In this document: positions 1 to 9,141 of the stretch, piece by piece
Layout of the letters: each line of letters starts with the position of its first letter
Position numbering within the stretch: position 1 is the stretch's first letter
Source: Escherichia coli
GTDB taxonomy: Bacteria > Pseudomonadota > Gammaproteobacteria > Enterobacterales > Enterobacteriaceae
DNA length: 64,000 nt
Direction: 5' to 3' (one strand)
Assembly (NCBI RefSeq): GCF_003018255.1
Contig: NZ_CP027440.1
Made by a program: the position numbers and the translations under genes
The notes under the pieces: generated by a model
The model's database searches: none
Seen by the model: only the letters and a program-made list of their open reading frames with translations
Told to the model about the DNA's origin: nothing

Positions 1-2161
1 TGTTGTCTGGGCGTTGCTTGCCGTCTCACTGGTGCGCCACACCGATGGTACGCCGCTCTATTTTATCGCTCAGATTGAAGACATTAACGAGCTAAAACGC
101 ACCGAACAGGTGAACCAGCAACTGATGGAGCGCATCACGCTGGCTAACGAAGCGGGCGGGATTGGCATCTGGGAGTGGGAGCTAAAGCCGAATATTTTTA
201 GCTGGGATAAGCGGATGTTCGAGCTGTATGAAATTCCTCCGCATATCAAACCGAACTGGCAGGTGTGGTACGAGTGCGTACTGCCGGAAGATCGCCAGCA
301 TGCCGAAAAAGTGATTCGTGATTCGTTGCAATCACGCTCGCCCTTTAAGCTGGAATTTCGCATTGCCGTGAAAGATGGCATCCGCCATATCCGCGCCCTC
401 GCCAACCGGGTACTGAATAAAGAAGGCGAAGTCGAACGCCTGCTCGGCATTAATATGGATATGACCGAAGTGAAACAGCTTAACGAGGCATTGTTTCAGG
501 AAAAAGAGCGCCTGCACATTACGCTGGATTCCATCGGCGAAGCCGTGGTCTGTATTGATATGGCAATGAAAATTACCTTTATGAATCCGGTGGCGGAGAA
601 GATGAGCGGCTGGACGCAGGAAGAAGCGTTAGGTGTTCCGCTCCTGACGGTGTTGCATATTACTTTTGGCGACAACGGACCATTAATGGAGAACATTTAC
701 AGTGCCGACACCTCACGTTCCGCGATTGAACAAGATGTGGTGTTGCACTGTCGGAGCGGCGGCAGCTACGACGTGCATTACAGTATTACGCCGTTAAGTA
801 CTCTGGACGGCAGCAATATAGGCTCGGTTCTGGTGATTCAGGACGTCACCGAATCGCGTAAAATGCTGCGCCAGCTGAGCTACAGCGCCTCCCATGATGC
901 ACTGACGCATCTCGCCAATCGCGCCAGTTTTGAGAAGCAACTACGCATCCTGCTGCAAACGGTAAACAGTACACATCAGCGACATGCACTGGTGTTTATC
1001 GATCTTGATCGCTTTAAAGCGGTGAATGACAGCGCCGGGCACGCCGCTGGCGACGCTTTACTGCGCGAACTGGCGTCATTGATGCTGAGTATGCTGCGCT
1101 CCAGCGACGTGCTGGCGCGACTCGGTGGCGATGAATTTGGTCTGCTGCTGCCAGATTGTAATGTCGAAAGTGCGCGTTTTATCGCTACACGCATTATCAG
1201 CGCCGTGAATGACTATCACTTTATCTGGGAAGGACGTGTACATCGGGTAGGTGCCAGTGCCGGGATTACCTTGATTGATGACAACAATCATCAGGCGGCT
1301 GAAGTGATGTCGCAGGCTGATATCGCCTGTTATGCCTCCAAAAATGGTGGACGGGGCCGGGTGACGGTTTACGAACCGCAGCAAGCTGCCGCACATAGCG
1401 AACGGGCGGTGATGTCGCTTGATGAACAGTGGCGGATGATTAAAGAGAATCAGTTGATGATGATCGCCCACGGTGTCGCTTCGCCGCGGATCCCGGAAGC
1501 GCGTAATTTGTGGCTGATTTCACTTAAGCTCTGGAGTTGCGAAGGCGAGATTATTGATGAACAAACATTTCGTCGTAGCTTCAGCGATCCGGCACTTAGC
1601 CATGCTCTTGACCGACGGGTATTCCACGATTTTTTCCAGCAGGCCGCAAAAGCGATTGCCAGTAAAGGCTTAAGCATCGCCCTCCCCCTTTCCGTTGCCG
1701 GTTTGAGTAGCGCCACGCTGGTGAATGAACTGCTTGAGCAGCTGGAAAATAGCCCTCTACCCCCACGGTTATTACATCTGATTATTCCGGCAGACGCGAT
1801 TTTAGATCACGCAGAAAGCGTGCAAAAACTGCGGCTGGCGGGATGTCGGATCGTATTCAGTCAGGTGGGCCGCGATCTGCAAATCTTCAACTCGCTGAAA
1901 GCGAATATGGCAGATTACCTGCTACTTGATGGTGAGTTATGCGCCAATGTGCAGGGAAATTTGATGGATGAGATGCTGATTACGATCATTCAGGGGCACG
2001 CTCAGCGGCTCGGGATGAAGACCATCGCCGGGCCAGTAGTTTTACCCCTGGTGATGGATACGCTTTCTGGCATCGGCGTCGATCTGATTTATGGCGATGT
2101 GATTGCCGATGCCCAACCGCTGGATTTGCTGGTGAATAGCAGTTATTTCGCGATTAACTGA
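1..2161 (+). CDS. dgcE: Diguanylate cyclase DgcE (YegE), C-terminal ~715 aa; the 5' end lies upstream of the window
   Basis: The frame is open from the window edge to the stop at 2159-2161. The translation shows PAS-type repeats, an intact GGDEF motif (ARLGGDEFGLLLP) and a C-terminal EAL-like domain lacking the EAL signature. It is recognisable as E. coli YegE and is followed by alkA, as in E. coli. Confidence 0.9.
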   Translation, partial: VVWALLAVSLVRHTDGTPLYFIAQIEDINELKRTEQVNQQLMERITLANEAGGIGIWEWELKPNIFSWDKRMFELYEIPPHIKPNWQVWYECVLPEDRQHAEKVIRDSLQSRSPFKLEFRIAVKDGIRHIRALANRVLNKEGEVERLLGINMDMTEVKQLNEALFQEKERLHITLDSIGEAVVCIDMAMKITFMNPVAEKMSGWTQEEALGVPLLTVLHITFGDNGPLMENIYSADTSRSAIEQDVVLHCRSGGSYDVHYSITPLSTLDGSNIGSVLVIQDVTESRKMLRQLSYSASHDALTHLANRASFEKQLRILLQTVNSTHQRHALVFIDLDRFKAVNDSAGHAAGDALLRELASLMLSMLRSSDVLARLGGDEFGLLLPDCNVESARFIATRIISAVNDYHFIWEGRVHRVGASAGITLIDDNNHQAAEVMSQADIACYASKNGGRGRVTVYEPQQAAAHSERAVMSLDEQWRMIKENQLMMIAHGVASPRIPEARNLWLISLKLWSCEGEIIDEQTFRRSFSDPALSHALDRRVFHDFFQQAAKAIASKGLSIALPLSVAGLSSATLVNELLEQLENSPLPPRLLHLIIPADAILDHAESVQKLRLAGCRIVFSQVGRDLQIFNSLKANMADYLLLDGELCANVQGNLMDEMLITIIQGHAQRLGMKTIAGPVVLPLVMDTLSGIGVDLIYGDVIADAQPLDLLVNSSYFAIN

Positions 2162-2176
2162 GGCGTGCTTCTCCAT

Positions 2177-2262
2177 CGCCTGATACGACGCTAACGCGTC
2201 TTATCAGGCCTACAAATCGCTCATTCCCCAGGCCGGATAAGGCGCTCGCACCGCATCCGGCG
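2177..2262. repeat. REP/BIME element (two REP-type palindromic units)
   Basis: CGCCTGATACGACGCTAACGCGTCTTATCAGGCCTAC and GGCCGGATAAGGCGCTCGCACCGCATCCGGCG are imperfect palindromes typical of E. coli REP units. They lie between the convergent genes dgcE and alkA. Confidence 0.8.
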
Positions 2263-2269
2263 ACCAACG

Positions 2270-3118
2270 TCATGCTTCGTCTGGTTGCCAGCCTTCCGTA
2301 TACCAGATATGCAACAGCGCATAAGAACGCAAGGGCTTCCAGCGTTCGGCATAACGGCGGATTTGTGCCGGTGTCATTCCCGGAAATCGCTGTTTAATCA
2401 GATAATCATCCGGCAGGAAAACATCTTTCGCCTGCCAGCCGCGCAAGGCGAAATAATTCGCCGTCCAGCGCCCGATACCCGGAAAAGTTTGCAGCGTTTT
2501 CATCGCCTGCTCCACATCGCCCGGTATTGTCATTGGTAAGGTGCCCTCCAGCGCCGCATTTGCCAGATGAATCAGCGCCTCTGCCCGTTTCAACGGCATA
2601 CCTAACGCTTTTAATGCCTGCGGATCTGCTGCTGCCAGCCGCTGAGGCGTGGGGAAGCAGACATAATCCGGAAAATCATCCAGCCTTTCGCCATAAAGCT
2701 GTGCCACTCTGGCGGTCAATTTTGCCGCCATCGCCACGCTCACCAGCTGGCCTAAAATCGCCCGCACGCCCTGCTCAAAAGCATCAACACAACCGGGTAA
2801 ACGCAATCCGGGCCGTGCCGCGCCTAACTTGCCCAACGCACCGTTAACAATCTGCGGGTTACATTGCAGATCAAACAGGCGGCTCATTTTCGCCAGACAC
2901 TCTGCGGCAACGGGTTCTAAACCTGCACTTAAATTTATGTGCAGAGTATGGCTGGCTATATCCGGAATAGCAGTCACCACGCCGCGACATTCGCCCACCG
3001 CCAGACTACGGGCATAATAATCGTCAGCGACCGTTTCCACACCGTTCACCGCACGGGCGGCGAGAAATCCCAACATCCACGACCAGTCATACGGCGGCTG
3101 CCAGTTCAGGGTATACAT
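2270..3118 (-). CDS. alkA: 3-methyladenine DNA glycosylase II (AlkA)
   Basis: 282-aa ORF with an HhH-GPD glycosylase signature (FPGIGRWTANYFALRGW ... LPDDYLI). Size and sequence agree with E. coli AlkA as I remember it. Confidence 0.95.
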   Translation of the reverse strand: MYTLNWQPPYDWSWMLGFLAARAVNGVETVADDYYARSLAVGECRGVVTAIPDIASHTLHINLSAGLEPVAAECLAKMSRLFDLQCNPQIVNGALGKLGAARPGLRLPGCVDAFEQGVRAILGQLVSVAMAAKLTARVAQLYGERLDDFPDYVCFPTPQRLAAADPQALKALGMPLKRAEALIHLANAALEGTLPMTIPGDVEQAMKTLQTFPGIGRWTANYFALRGWQAKDVFLPDDYLIKQRFPGMTPAQIRRYAERWKPLRSYALLHIWYTEGWQPDEA

Positions 3119-3160
3119 CGCATCTCCTTGTTAATCCGCTTTCAGCATAAACGTTATTCA

Positions 3161-3180
3161 GACGCTACGCTTTGCTTTCA
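3161..3180 (-). promoter_or_regulatory. Putative Ada box of the alkA promoter
   Basis: The minus strand reads TGAAAGCAAAGCGTAGCGTC about 45 nt upstream of the alkA ATG. This resembles the Ada-binding AAAGCAAAGCG element, and a TATGCT -10-like hexamer lies downstream. Confidence 0.55.
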
Positions 3181-3251
3181 TATTCCGGTTGTCGCGACGG
3201 CAACATTTCGCTAAAGTCACGCCCCTTCTTCACCGGCATGGGGATTATTTC

Positions 3252-4604
3252 GTGTTTATTGGTTTTGATTACGGTACAGCAAACTGTTCAGTGGCGGTCA
3301 TGCGCGACGGTAAGCCGCAATTACTGAAAATGGAAAACGACAGCACGCTGCTGCCTTCAATGCTTTGCGCGCCAACGCGTGAAGCGGTAAGCGAATGGCT
3401 GTACCGCCATCATGATGTTCCGGCAGACGACGATGAAACGCAGGCGCTGTTGCGTCGGGCGATTCGTTATAACCGCGAAGAAGATATCGATGTTACGGCG
3501 AAAAGCGTGCAGTTCGGTCTTTCCTCACTGGCACAGTACATTGATGATCCAGAAGAGGTGTGGTTTGTGAAATCACCAAAATCATTCCTCGGTGCCAGCG
3601 GCTTAAAACCGCAGCAGGTAGCGCTGTTTGAGGATCTGGTCTGCGCAATGATGTTGCACATTCGCCAGCAGGCGCAGGCGCAGCTGCCGGAGGCAATTAC
3701 TCAGGCGGTGATTGGTCGCCCGATCAACTTCCAGGGGCTGGGCGGCGATGAAGCAAACGCCCAGGCGCAAGGGATTCTGGAACGCGCGGCGAAGCGTGCC
3801 GGGTTTAAGGATGTGGTATTCCAGTACGAGCCGGTCGCGGCTGGGCTGGATTACGAAGCCACCTTGCAGGAAGAAAAACGGGTGCTGGTGGTGGATATCG
3901 GCGGTGGTACGACTGACTGTTCATTGCTGCTGATGGGGCCGCAGTGGCGTTCGCGTCTCGATCGTGAAGCCAGCCTGCTGGGTCACAGTGGTTGCCGTAT
4001 TGGCGGTAACGATCTGGATATCGCACTGGCGTTTAAAAACCTGATGCCGTTACTGGGCATGGGTGGCGAAACCGAAAAAGGCATCGCCCTGCCGATTCTG
4101 CCGTGGTGGAATGCGGTTGCCATCAACGACGTTCCTGCGCAAAGTGATTTCTACAGTAGTGCCAACGGTCGTCTGCTTAACGACCTGGTACGCGATGCCC
4201 GCGAACCGGAAAAAGTGGCCCTGTTACAGAAAGTCTGGCGTCAGCGTTTAAGCTATCGCCTGGTACGTAGCGCAGAAGAGAGCAAAATTGCGCTTTCAAG
4301 CGTAGCGGAAACCCGCGCCTCACTGCCGTTTATCAGCGATGAACTGGCTACGCTGATTAGCCAGCAAGGGCTGGAAAGCGCCCTCAGCCAGCCACTGGCG
4401 CGGATTCTGGAACAGGTGCAACTGGCGCTGGATAACGCCCAGGAAAAACCGGATGTTATCTATCTGACCGGCGGTAGCGCCCGTTCACCGCTGATTAAAA
4501 AAGCGCTGACAGAACAGTTGCCGGGCATTCCGATTGCAGGTGGCGATGACTTTGGCTCCGTCACCGCCGGGCTGGCACGCTGGGCGGAAGTGGTGTTTCG
4601 TTAA
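3252..4604 (+). CDS. yegD: Hsp70/actin-fold ATPase-like protein YegD
   Basis: Track ORF 3189..4604. I place the start at GTG 3252 (VFIGFDYGTANCSVAVM, phosphate-1 motif), which gives the 450-aa size of E. coli YegD. DIGGGTTD (phosphate-2) and YLTGGSARSP (adenosine motif) are present. Confidence 0.88.
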   Translation: MFIGFDYGTANCSVAVMRDGKPQLLKMENDSTLLPSMLCAPTREAVSEWLYRHHDVPADDDETQALLRRAIRYNREEDIDVTAKSVQFGLSSLAQYIDDPEEVWFVKSPKSFLGASGLKPQQVALFEDLVCAMMLHIRQQAQAQLPEAITQAVIGRPINFQGLGGDEANAQAQGILERAAKRAGFKDVVFQYEPVAAGLDYEATLQEEKRVLVVDIGGGTTDCSLLLMGPQWRSRLDREASLLGHSGCRIGGNDLDIALAFKNLMPLLGMGGETEKGIALPILPWWNAVAINDVPAQSDFYSSANGRLLNDLVRDAREPEKVALLQKVWRQRLSYRLVRSAEESKIALSSVAETRASLPFISDELATLISQQGLESALSQPLARILEQVQLALDNAQEKPDVIYLTGGSARSPLIKKALTEQLPGIPIAGGDDFGSVTAGLARWAEVVFR

Positions 4605-4616
4605 TTGAAAACTGGC

Positions 4617-6566
4617 TCAGCAACGGCTTAAATCAGCCTGCGCCTGAGCCAGTTTTTCTGCCGCCTGACGTAGCGGTTCCATCAACGGCATGGTCCGTGC
4701 TGGAGCATGAAGGCGGAATCGCTGCAACTCTGTCGCACCGACATTCAGCGCCGATTCCAGCCGATGTCGTTTGGCGGCCATTTTTGCCATTACCGCTTGT
4801 CTGTCTGCAGGCGTTACCGCTTCGTTCGGCCTGAACACAAAACGGCGTTCACAGCTCGCTTTCCAGTCGATAACCGCCTGGGTCAGATGATCACCAAAAC
4901 CTTTCACTTGCTTAACGCTCCGTCGGGTAACATCCGCTGCTGTTTCAATACCAAAGGACCGTAACGCCGCTTTACGCGCAGGGCCAACGCCGGGAATAGA
5001 GGCAACATCAATAAAAAATCCCTCCAGAAACTTCTGCTTCTGCCGTTCCCTTGCGGTGTCCTGAAGTGCTGCCAGATCGCGCTTTTCTTCTTCCGGTAAC
5101 CCAAGAATTTCGTCCTTCATTTTTTCGAGCATCGTCCGTTTGGCGATAAAACCTTCCAGCCCGCCCAACTGCTGGATCTGGCTGACTAAATGGTCATAGT
5201 CCATTTTCGCGCGATTAAACGCCTCACGGCGTTGCTGGATTTCTGCTTTGTACGCTTTGCTTGTCAGGCTGCCAATAATCCAGATAGCCGCCAGCACAGG
5301 AACCAAAATAATATAACGTGGTTCTGTCTGAAGGCCGCAAAGCAGCAGCGATAACGCTGACAGTGCGATCTCAATCAGAATGATGTATTCACGCCTTAAC
5401 AGGCCTAAAGGAAGCGGCCTGCCAGTCGGTTGGAAATGATCGGGTAATGGTAATTGCAATGCTGGCGGTGCTACTGACGCCATCACCATCGCCCAGACTT
5501 TCGCCAGCACAAAATCACCGCTGGTGGTAATGACCTCTTCGCCGAGATCAATAAAATAGATAACGCCTTGATTATCCAGAGCACACCACGGGCAGTCAGC
5601 CAAATGACCGGGATAAACATGCATTGCCGAAACGGTACATTTCTTTAACTGTTGGCGTAGTAAATCAAGTGCCGCTACCCACGCTTTTGCCGTCGGACGC
5701 CCGGTTGCCACGCCACTTTCCGTGAATGCCTGCTGAAACATGGCTTCAACATCGCCCGGTAACATCGACAGCGGAATAGATCGTGGCGGCGGTTTTAAAC
5801 CACGTCGCTGATTATCTGACGCGTAGGCATAACGGAAATGGGCAATATCCGTCTCCAGTGCATTACCCGCATCAGAGACAAGCGGTACACCGGAATAAGG
5901 ATGCCGCCCACCAAACAAGACGTGAAAAATCAGCAACGCAAGGCCAAAATTATCGTGATTCGCGGTGCGTTCAAAGCCGACAAATGATGGCAAGGTTTGT
6001 TGCTCTGGCGGCGTAAAATGCGACACGCCGACTTCGCATAAATGCAGCGTGCCATTGGCGTTAATCTGAAAGGAGTCGCTATCAATCAACACCACTTTGC
6101 TGTCGCGACCTACCATAAAGCTGTTCTGGTTTACGTCACCCACGACGTGCCCGTGCTCGTGAATCGTAGCAAAAGATGAAGCAATATTGCGCGCAACATA
6201 GAGTAGAAAATCCCACGCACAATGAGGGTAACGTTGACGACGATGTGCCGGGCTATAGATCATATGAATCGGTTCTTTACCAGAAACTTTTGGCATCATA
6301 AAACCGATTACTTTTCCGCCTCGTCCACCGTGAAGCGTTGCCTGCGGCCAGGCGACATAATTCAACAACTGCGCGTCAGCTGTCGCAGCCATAAAGGCAA
6401 GTTTGTCCTGTTTTAAGGCGGGTGGCGGCGTGTGATAAATCTTGGCGACGCTATCGACAAACTCCTCGATATCATAAACCGCGCCTTCACCGCCTTTGCC
6501 CAGTTCACAGCCTGGCGTAACGCACTCACCAGTAGCAGTATATAAAGTGGGTTTCATGGTAACCAC
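4617..6566 (-). CDS. yegI: Membrane Ser/Thr protein kinase-like protein YegI with a C-terminal helix-hairpin-helix region
   Basis: 649-aa ORF. Kinase-like N-terminus: GKGGEGAVY loop, VAKIY lysine, HVVGDVNQNSF catalytic loop, IDSDSF. Two hydrophobic helices follow (YIILIEIALSALSLLLCGL and YIILVPVLAAIWIIGSL), then a charged coiled-coil-like stretch and tandem HhH motifs (IPGVGPARKAALRSFGI, VKGFGDHLTQAV). The track start is GTG 6566; an ATG at 6557 overlaps the yegK stop as ATGA. Confidence 0.88.
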   Translation of the reverse strand: MVTMKPTLYTATGECVTPGCELGKGGEGAVYDIEEFVDSVAKIYHTPPPALKQDKLAFMAATADAQLLNYVAWPQATLHGGRGGKVIGFMMPKVSGKEPIHMIYSPAHRRQRYPHCAWDFLLYVARNIASSFATIHEHGHVVGDVNQNSFMVGRDSKVVLIDSDSFQINANGTLHLCEVGVSHFTPPEQQTLPSFVGFERTANHDNFGLALLIFHVLFGGRHPYSGVPLVSDAGNALETDIAHFRYAYASDNQRRGLKPPPRSIPLSMLPGDVEAMFQQAFTESGVATGRPTAKAWVAALDLLRQQLKKCTVSAMHVYPGHLADCPWCALDNQGVIYFIDLGEEVITTSGDFVLAKVWAMVMASVAPPALQLPLPDHFQPTGRPLPLGLLRREYIILIEIALSALSLLLCGLQTEPRYIILVPVLAAIWIIGSLTSKAYKAEIQQRREAFNRAKMDYDHLVSQIQQLGGLEGFIAKRTMLEKMKDEILGLPEEEKRDLAALQDTARERQKQKFLEGFFIDVASIPGVGPARKAALRSFGIETAADVTRRSVKQVKGFGDHLTQAVIDWKASCERRFVFRPNEAVTPADRQAVMAKMAAKRHRLESALNVGATELQRFRLHAPARTMPLMEPLRQAAEKLAQAQADLSRC

Positions 6567-7315
6567 AGCGCCAGTGCCAACGTTTTATCATCATCGGTAC
6601 GCTCGTTTACCGCCGGGCCGGACAAAAACTGCTTTAACAATTCAGGTAATAAATCGAGTTGTTCCTGCGTTGCTGACGCCAGCCCATTGAAAAACGGGGT
6701 AAAGAAAGGCACATGCGGAGAATTATCCAGCATATTTAACGCCAGCCGCTGGATACCATCCGTAAATGCTGCAACTTTGTGCGCACGCTCAGTGCTGGTG
6801 AAAGTTTCCAGTCTGGAAACGGCATCTTCATCGGTAATGAAGTGCGTCATATTGGTATATTCACCCACCATCGGCGTGAGCGGCAGTTGCAAACCGTGCC
6901 CCAAATCTACCACCACGCCGCCATCGCCAATCTGCATAATCAAGGTGCCATTAGCTGATGAAATCAATCCCAAAAACGTGCAGGCAAAATCGCGAACCGC
7001 TAATTCTTTGGCTTCCGCCTCGGCAAAAAGTCGCTGACGAATGGTCAGCACAATGTCCGTTGCGAGAACATCATTAAGCCCCAATTCCCCGCCCTGCACT
7101 TTTTGCGACATATAAGCCATCGCTTCATTGACGGCGAGCATCGCACCTTCGCCTCCCTGCGAGGCGCTACCTGCGCCATCAGCGACAAATACCGACAATA
7201 ATGGCTGCTGGTCATTTAACCAGGCAACCTGCATCTGGCAGGCATCCTGGCAAGGCAAGTCCGCGCTGATGTGCGACGTTCCAACGGTTGATGCATAGAC
7301 CAGACGCCAGCTCAC
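6554..7315 (-). CDS. yegK: PP2C-like Ser/Thr phosphatase YegK (PphC)
   Basis: 253-aa ORF whose GTG start overlaps the yegL stop (GTGA). PP2C-type acidic metal-site motifs are present ([22 protein letters not shown]). It matches E. coli YegK. Confidence 0.88.
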   Translation of the reverse strand: MSWRLVYASTVGTSHISADLPCQDACQMQVAWLNDQQPLLSVFVADGAGSASQGGEGAMLAVNEAMAYMSQKVQGGELGLNDVLATDIVLTIRQRLFAEAEAKELAVRDFACTFLGLISSANGTLIMQIGDGGVVVDLGHGLQLPLTPMVGEYTNMTHFITDEDAVSRLETFTSTERAHKVAAFTDGIQRLALNMLDNSPHVPFFTPFFNGLASATQEQLDLLPELLKQFLSGPAVNERTDDDKTLALALWLP

Positions 7316-7971
7316 ACTGACGTCCAGCCTTTTGGCGCTTCCAGCACAACTTCCGTTCCCGGCGTGGAGCGGGAAACCGAACGCAGCGAACTGGATAACC
7401 AGCTAAATAGTTCGCGGAATTGTAATCCTTGAAGAGGCAAAGGCTGACGAACGCTGATTTGGGCCAGCGTCTTCATATCCGCCCCCTGAACACCGATGGA
7501 AAAGAAGGCAAACTTCTTATCTTCTTCCCCCTGAAACACCTTGTTGGCAGCAGCCTGCCACTCATCGGTTGGTGCGCCATCGGTAATCAGGAAAATCCAC
7601 GGACGATAATAGGAAATACCATTGGCGCGATACTCACGTTTGCGCTCCTCAACCATATCCAGGGCTTTGGTAATGGCGGCCCCCATTGGTGTATCGCCCT
7701 GGGCAAACAGGATGGGCGGGAAAAAATTAGCGGCGCTGGTAAATGGTTGTTCCACATGCACCGGGCCGAACGTCACAATGCCGAGTTCCACTCTTTTTAA
7801 GGCCAGCGGATCGGCAAGCAGCTCATCGCGAAAGGTAACCAATCCGGCGTTAAGTTCATTAATAGGTCTACCGTTCATAGAACCAGAAACATCCAACAGC
7901 AAAATGCAGGGGCAACGTGGTTCCGGGTTACTGGCAAAATCGCTGGTGGCAAACGTGATTTGTTCGCTCAT
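7312..7971 (-). CDS. yegL: von Willebrand factor A (TerY-like) protein YegL
   Basis: 219-aa ORF with a complete MIDAS: [24 protein letters not shown]. It is the first gene of the yegL-yegK-yegI string. Confidence 0.9.
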   Translation of the reverse strand: MSEQITFATSDFASNPEPRCPCILLLDVSGSMNGRPINELNAGLVTFRDELLADPLALKRVELGIVTFGPVHVEQPFTSAANFFPPILFAQGDTPMGAAITKALDMVEERKREYRANGISYYRPWIFLITDGAPTDEWQAAANKVFQGEEDKKFAFFSIGVQGADMKTLAQISVRQPLPLQGLQFRELFSWLSSSLRSVSRSTPGTEVVLEAPKGWTSV

Positions 7972-8149
7972 AAGAAATCCTTTCTTAGAGAATTATTGAG
8001 GCCCGGTATCATACCGACTGCAACAATGAAATAAGAGCAAACGAAGAAACTTTCAGAATTAGGCCCGGCGGCGCAGAAAATTTTGCTATTCGCCTCGCAA
8101 GAACGGAGAGCCGTCGATTGACACTAAGGGCGGAGTGACATAATTTCAG

Positions 8150-8300
8150 GAGTGAGGGTTAGGGAGAGGTTTCCCCCTCCCCCTGGTGTTCTTAGTAAGC
8201 CTGGAAGCTAATCACTAAGAGTATCACCAGTATGATGACGTGCTTCATCATAACCCTTTCCTTATTAAAAGCCCTCTTCTCCGGGAGAGGGTTTCCCGTT
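8150..8300 (+). ncRNA. sibA: Sib antitoxin sRNA, copy 1 (SibA-like); ends approximate
   Basis: TTGACA (8118) and CATAAT (8139) promoter elements. The transcript is fully antisense to ibsA. Terminator hairpin GCCCTCTTCTCCGGGAGAGGGT is followed by TTCCCGTTT. Confidence 0.75.
8192..8251 (-). CDS. ibsA: Ibs type I toxin peptide, copy 1: MMKHVIILVILLVISFQAY
   Basis: My own translation of the minus strand gives 19 codons plus TAA, with an AAGGAAAGGG SD-like stretch upstream. The peptide matches IbsA as I recall it. Confidence 0.85.
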   Translation of the reverse strand: MMKHVIILVILLVISFQAY

Positions 8301-8485
8301 TCAGCGTCCCGCTGAAATCGTCGGCTTACCTCCTTTCGCCCTGAATGCAGTCTATCGCTAACGCGTGAACAAAATAGTTTCCTCTGTGATTATTGCGTAA
8401 CGACTCGCAAAGAATATTTGCTGGCAGGATCGCAGACTACAAAGCCTGCGGATTGACAATCTTATCGTGAAGGCATAATTTCAGG

Positions 8486-8629
8486 AGTGAGGGTAGAGCG
8501 GGGTTTCCCCCGCCCTGGTAGTCTTAGTAAGCTGGCCAGCTAATAACTAAGAGCACCACGATGATGAGTAGCTTCATCATGACCCTTTCCTTATTTAAGG
8601 CCCCTTCCTCGGGAGGGGCTTTCCCGTTT
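8486..8629 (+). ncRNA. sibB: Sib antitoxin sRNA, copy 2 (SibB-like); ends approximate
   Basis: TTGACA (8453) and CATAAT (8474). Antisense to the ibs ORF. Hairpin GGCCCCTTCCTCGGGAGGGGCT plus T-run. Confidence 0.75.
8524..8580 (-). CDS. ibsB: Ibs type I toxin peptide, copy 2: MMKLLIIVVLLVISWPAY
   Basis: Minus-strand translation gives 18 codons plus TAA, at the same position within the repeat unit as copy 1. Confidence 0.82.
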   Translation of the reverse strand: MMKLLIIVVLLVISWPAY

Positions 8630-8813
8630 CAGCGTCCCGCTGAAATCGGCGGCCTACCTCCTTTCGCCATGCAAGCAGTCTATCGCTAACTTGCAGATAA
8701 AATAGTTTCACATGTGATTATTGCGTAACGTCTCGCAAAGAATATTTGCTGGCAGGATCGCAGACTACAAAGCCTGCGGATTGACAATCTAATTGTGAAG
8801 GCATACTTTCAGG

Positions 8814-8957
8814 AGTGAGGGTAGAGCGGGGTTTCCCCCGCCCTGGTAGTCTTAGTAAGCCGGGAAGCTTATGACTAAGAGCACCACGATGATGATCCAC
8901 TTCATCATGACCCTTTCCTTATTTAAGGCCCCTTCCTCGGGAGGGGCTTTCCCGTTT
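8814..8957 (+). ncRNA. Sib-family antitoxin sRNA, copy 3; ends approximate
   Basis: TTGACA (8781) and CATACT (8802). Antisense to the third ibs ORF, with the same hairpin plus T-run as copy 2. Confidence 0.7.
8852..8908 (-). CDS. Ibs-family toxin peptide, copy 3: MMKWIIIVVLLVISFPAY
   Basis: Minus-strand translation gives 18 codons plus TAA, with the conserved MMK...(V/I)S(F/W/Y)PAY frame. Confidence 0.78.
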   Translation of the reverse strand: MMKWIIIVVLLVISFPAY

Positions 8958-9141
8958 CAGCGTCCCGCTGAAATCATCGGCTTACCTCCTTTCGCCCTGA
9001 ATGCAGTCTATCGCTGACTTGCGGATAAAATAGTTTCACATGTGATTATTGCGTGACGTCTCGCAAAGAATATTTGCTGGCAGGATCGCAGACTGCAAAG
9101 CCTGCGGATTGACAATCGGACCGTGAAGGCATACTTTCAGG

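Noticed and set aside
8718-8900. 60-aa minus-strand ORF spanning one Sib/Ibs repeat unit
   Set aside because: It runs through the Sib promoter and terminator and overlaps the ibs ORF out of frame. It is not conserved as an ORF in the other three repeat units.
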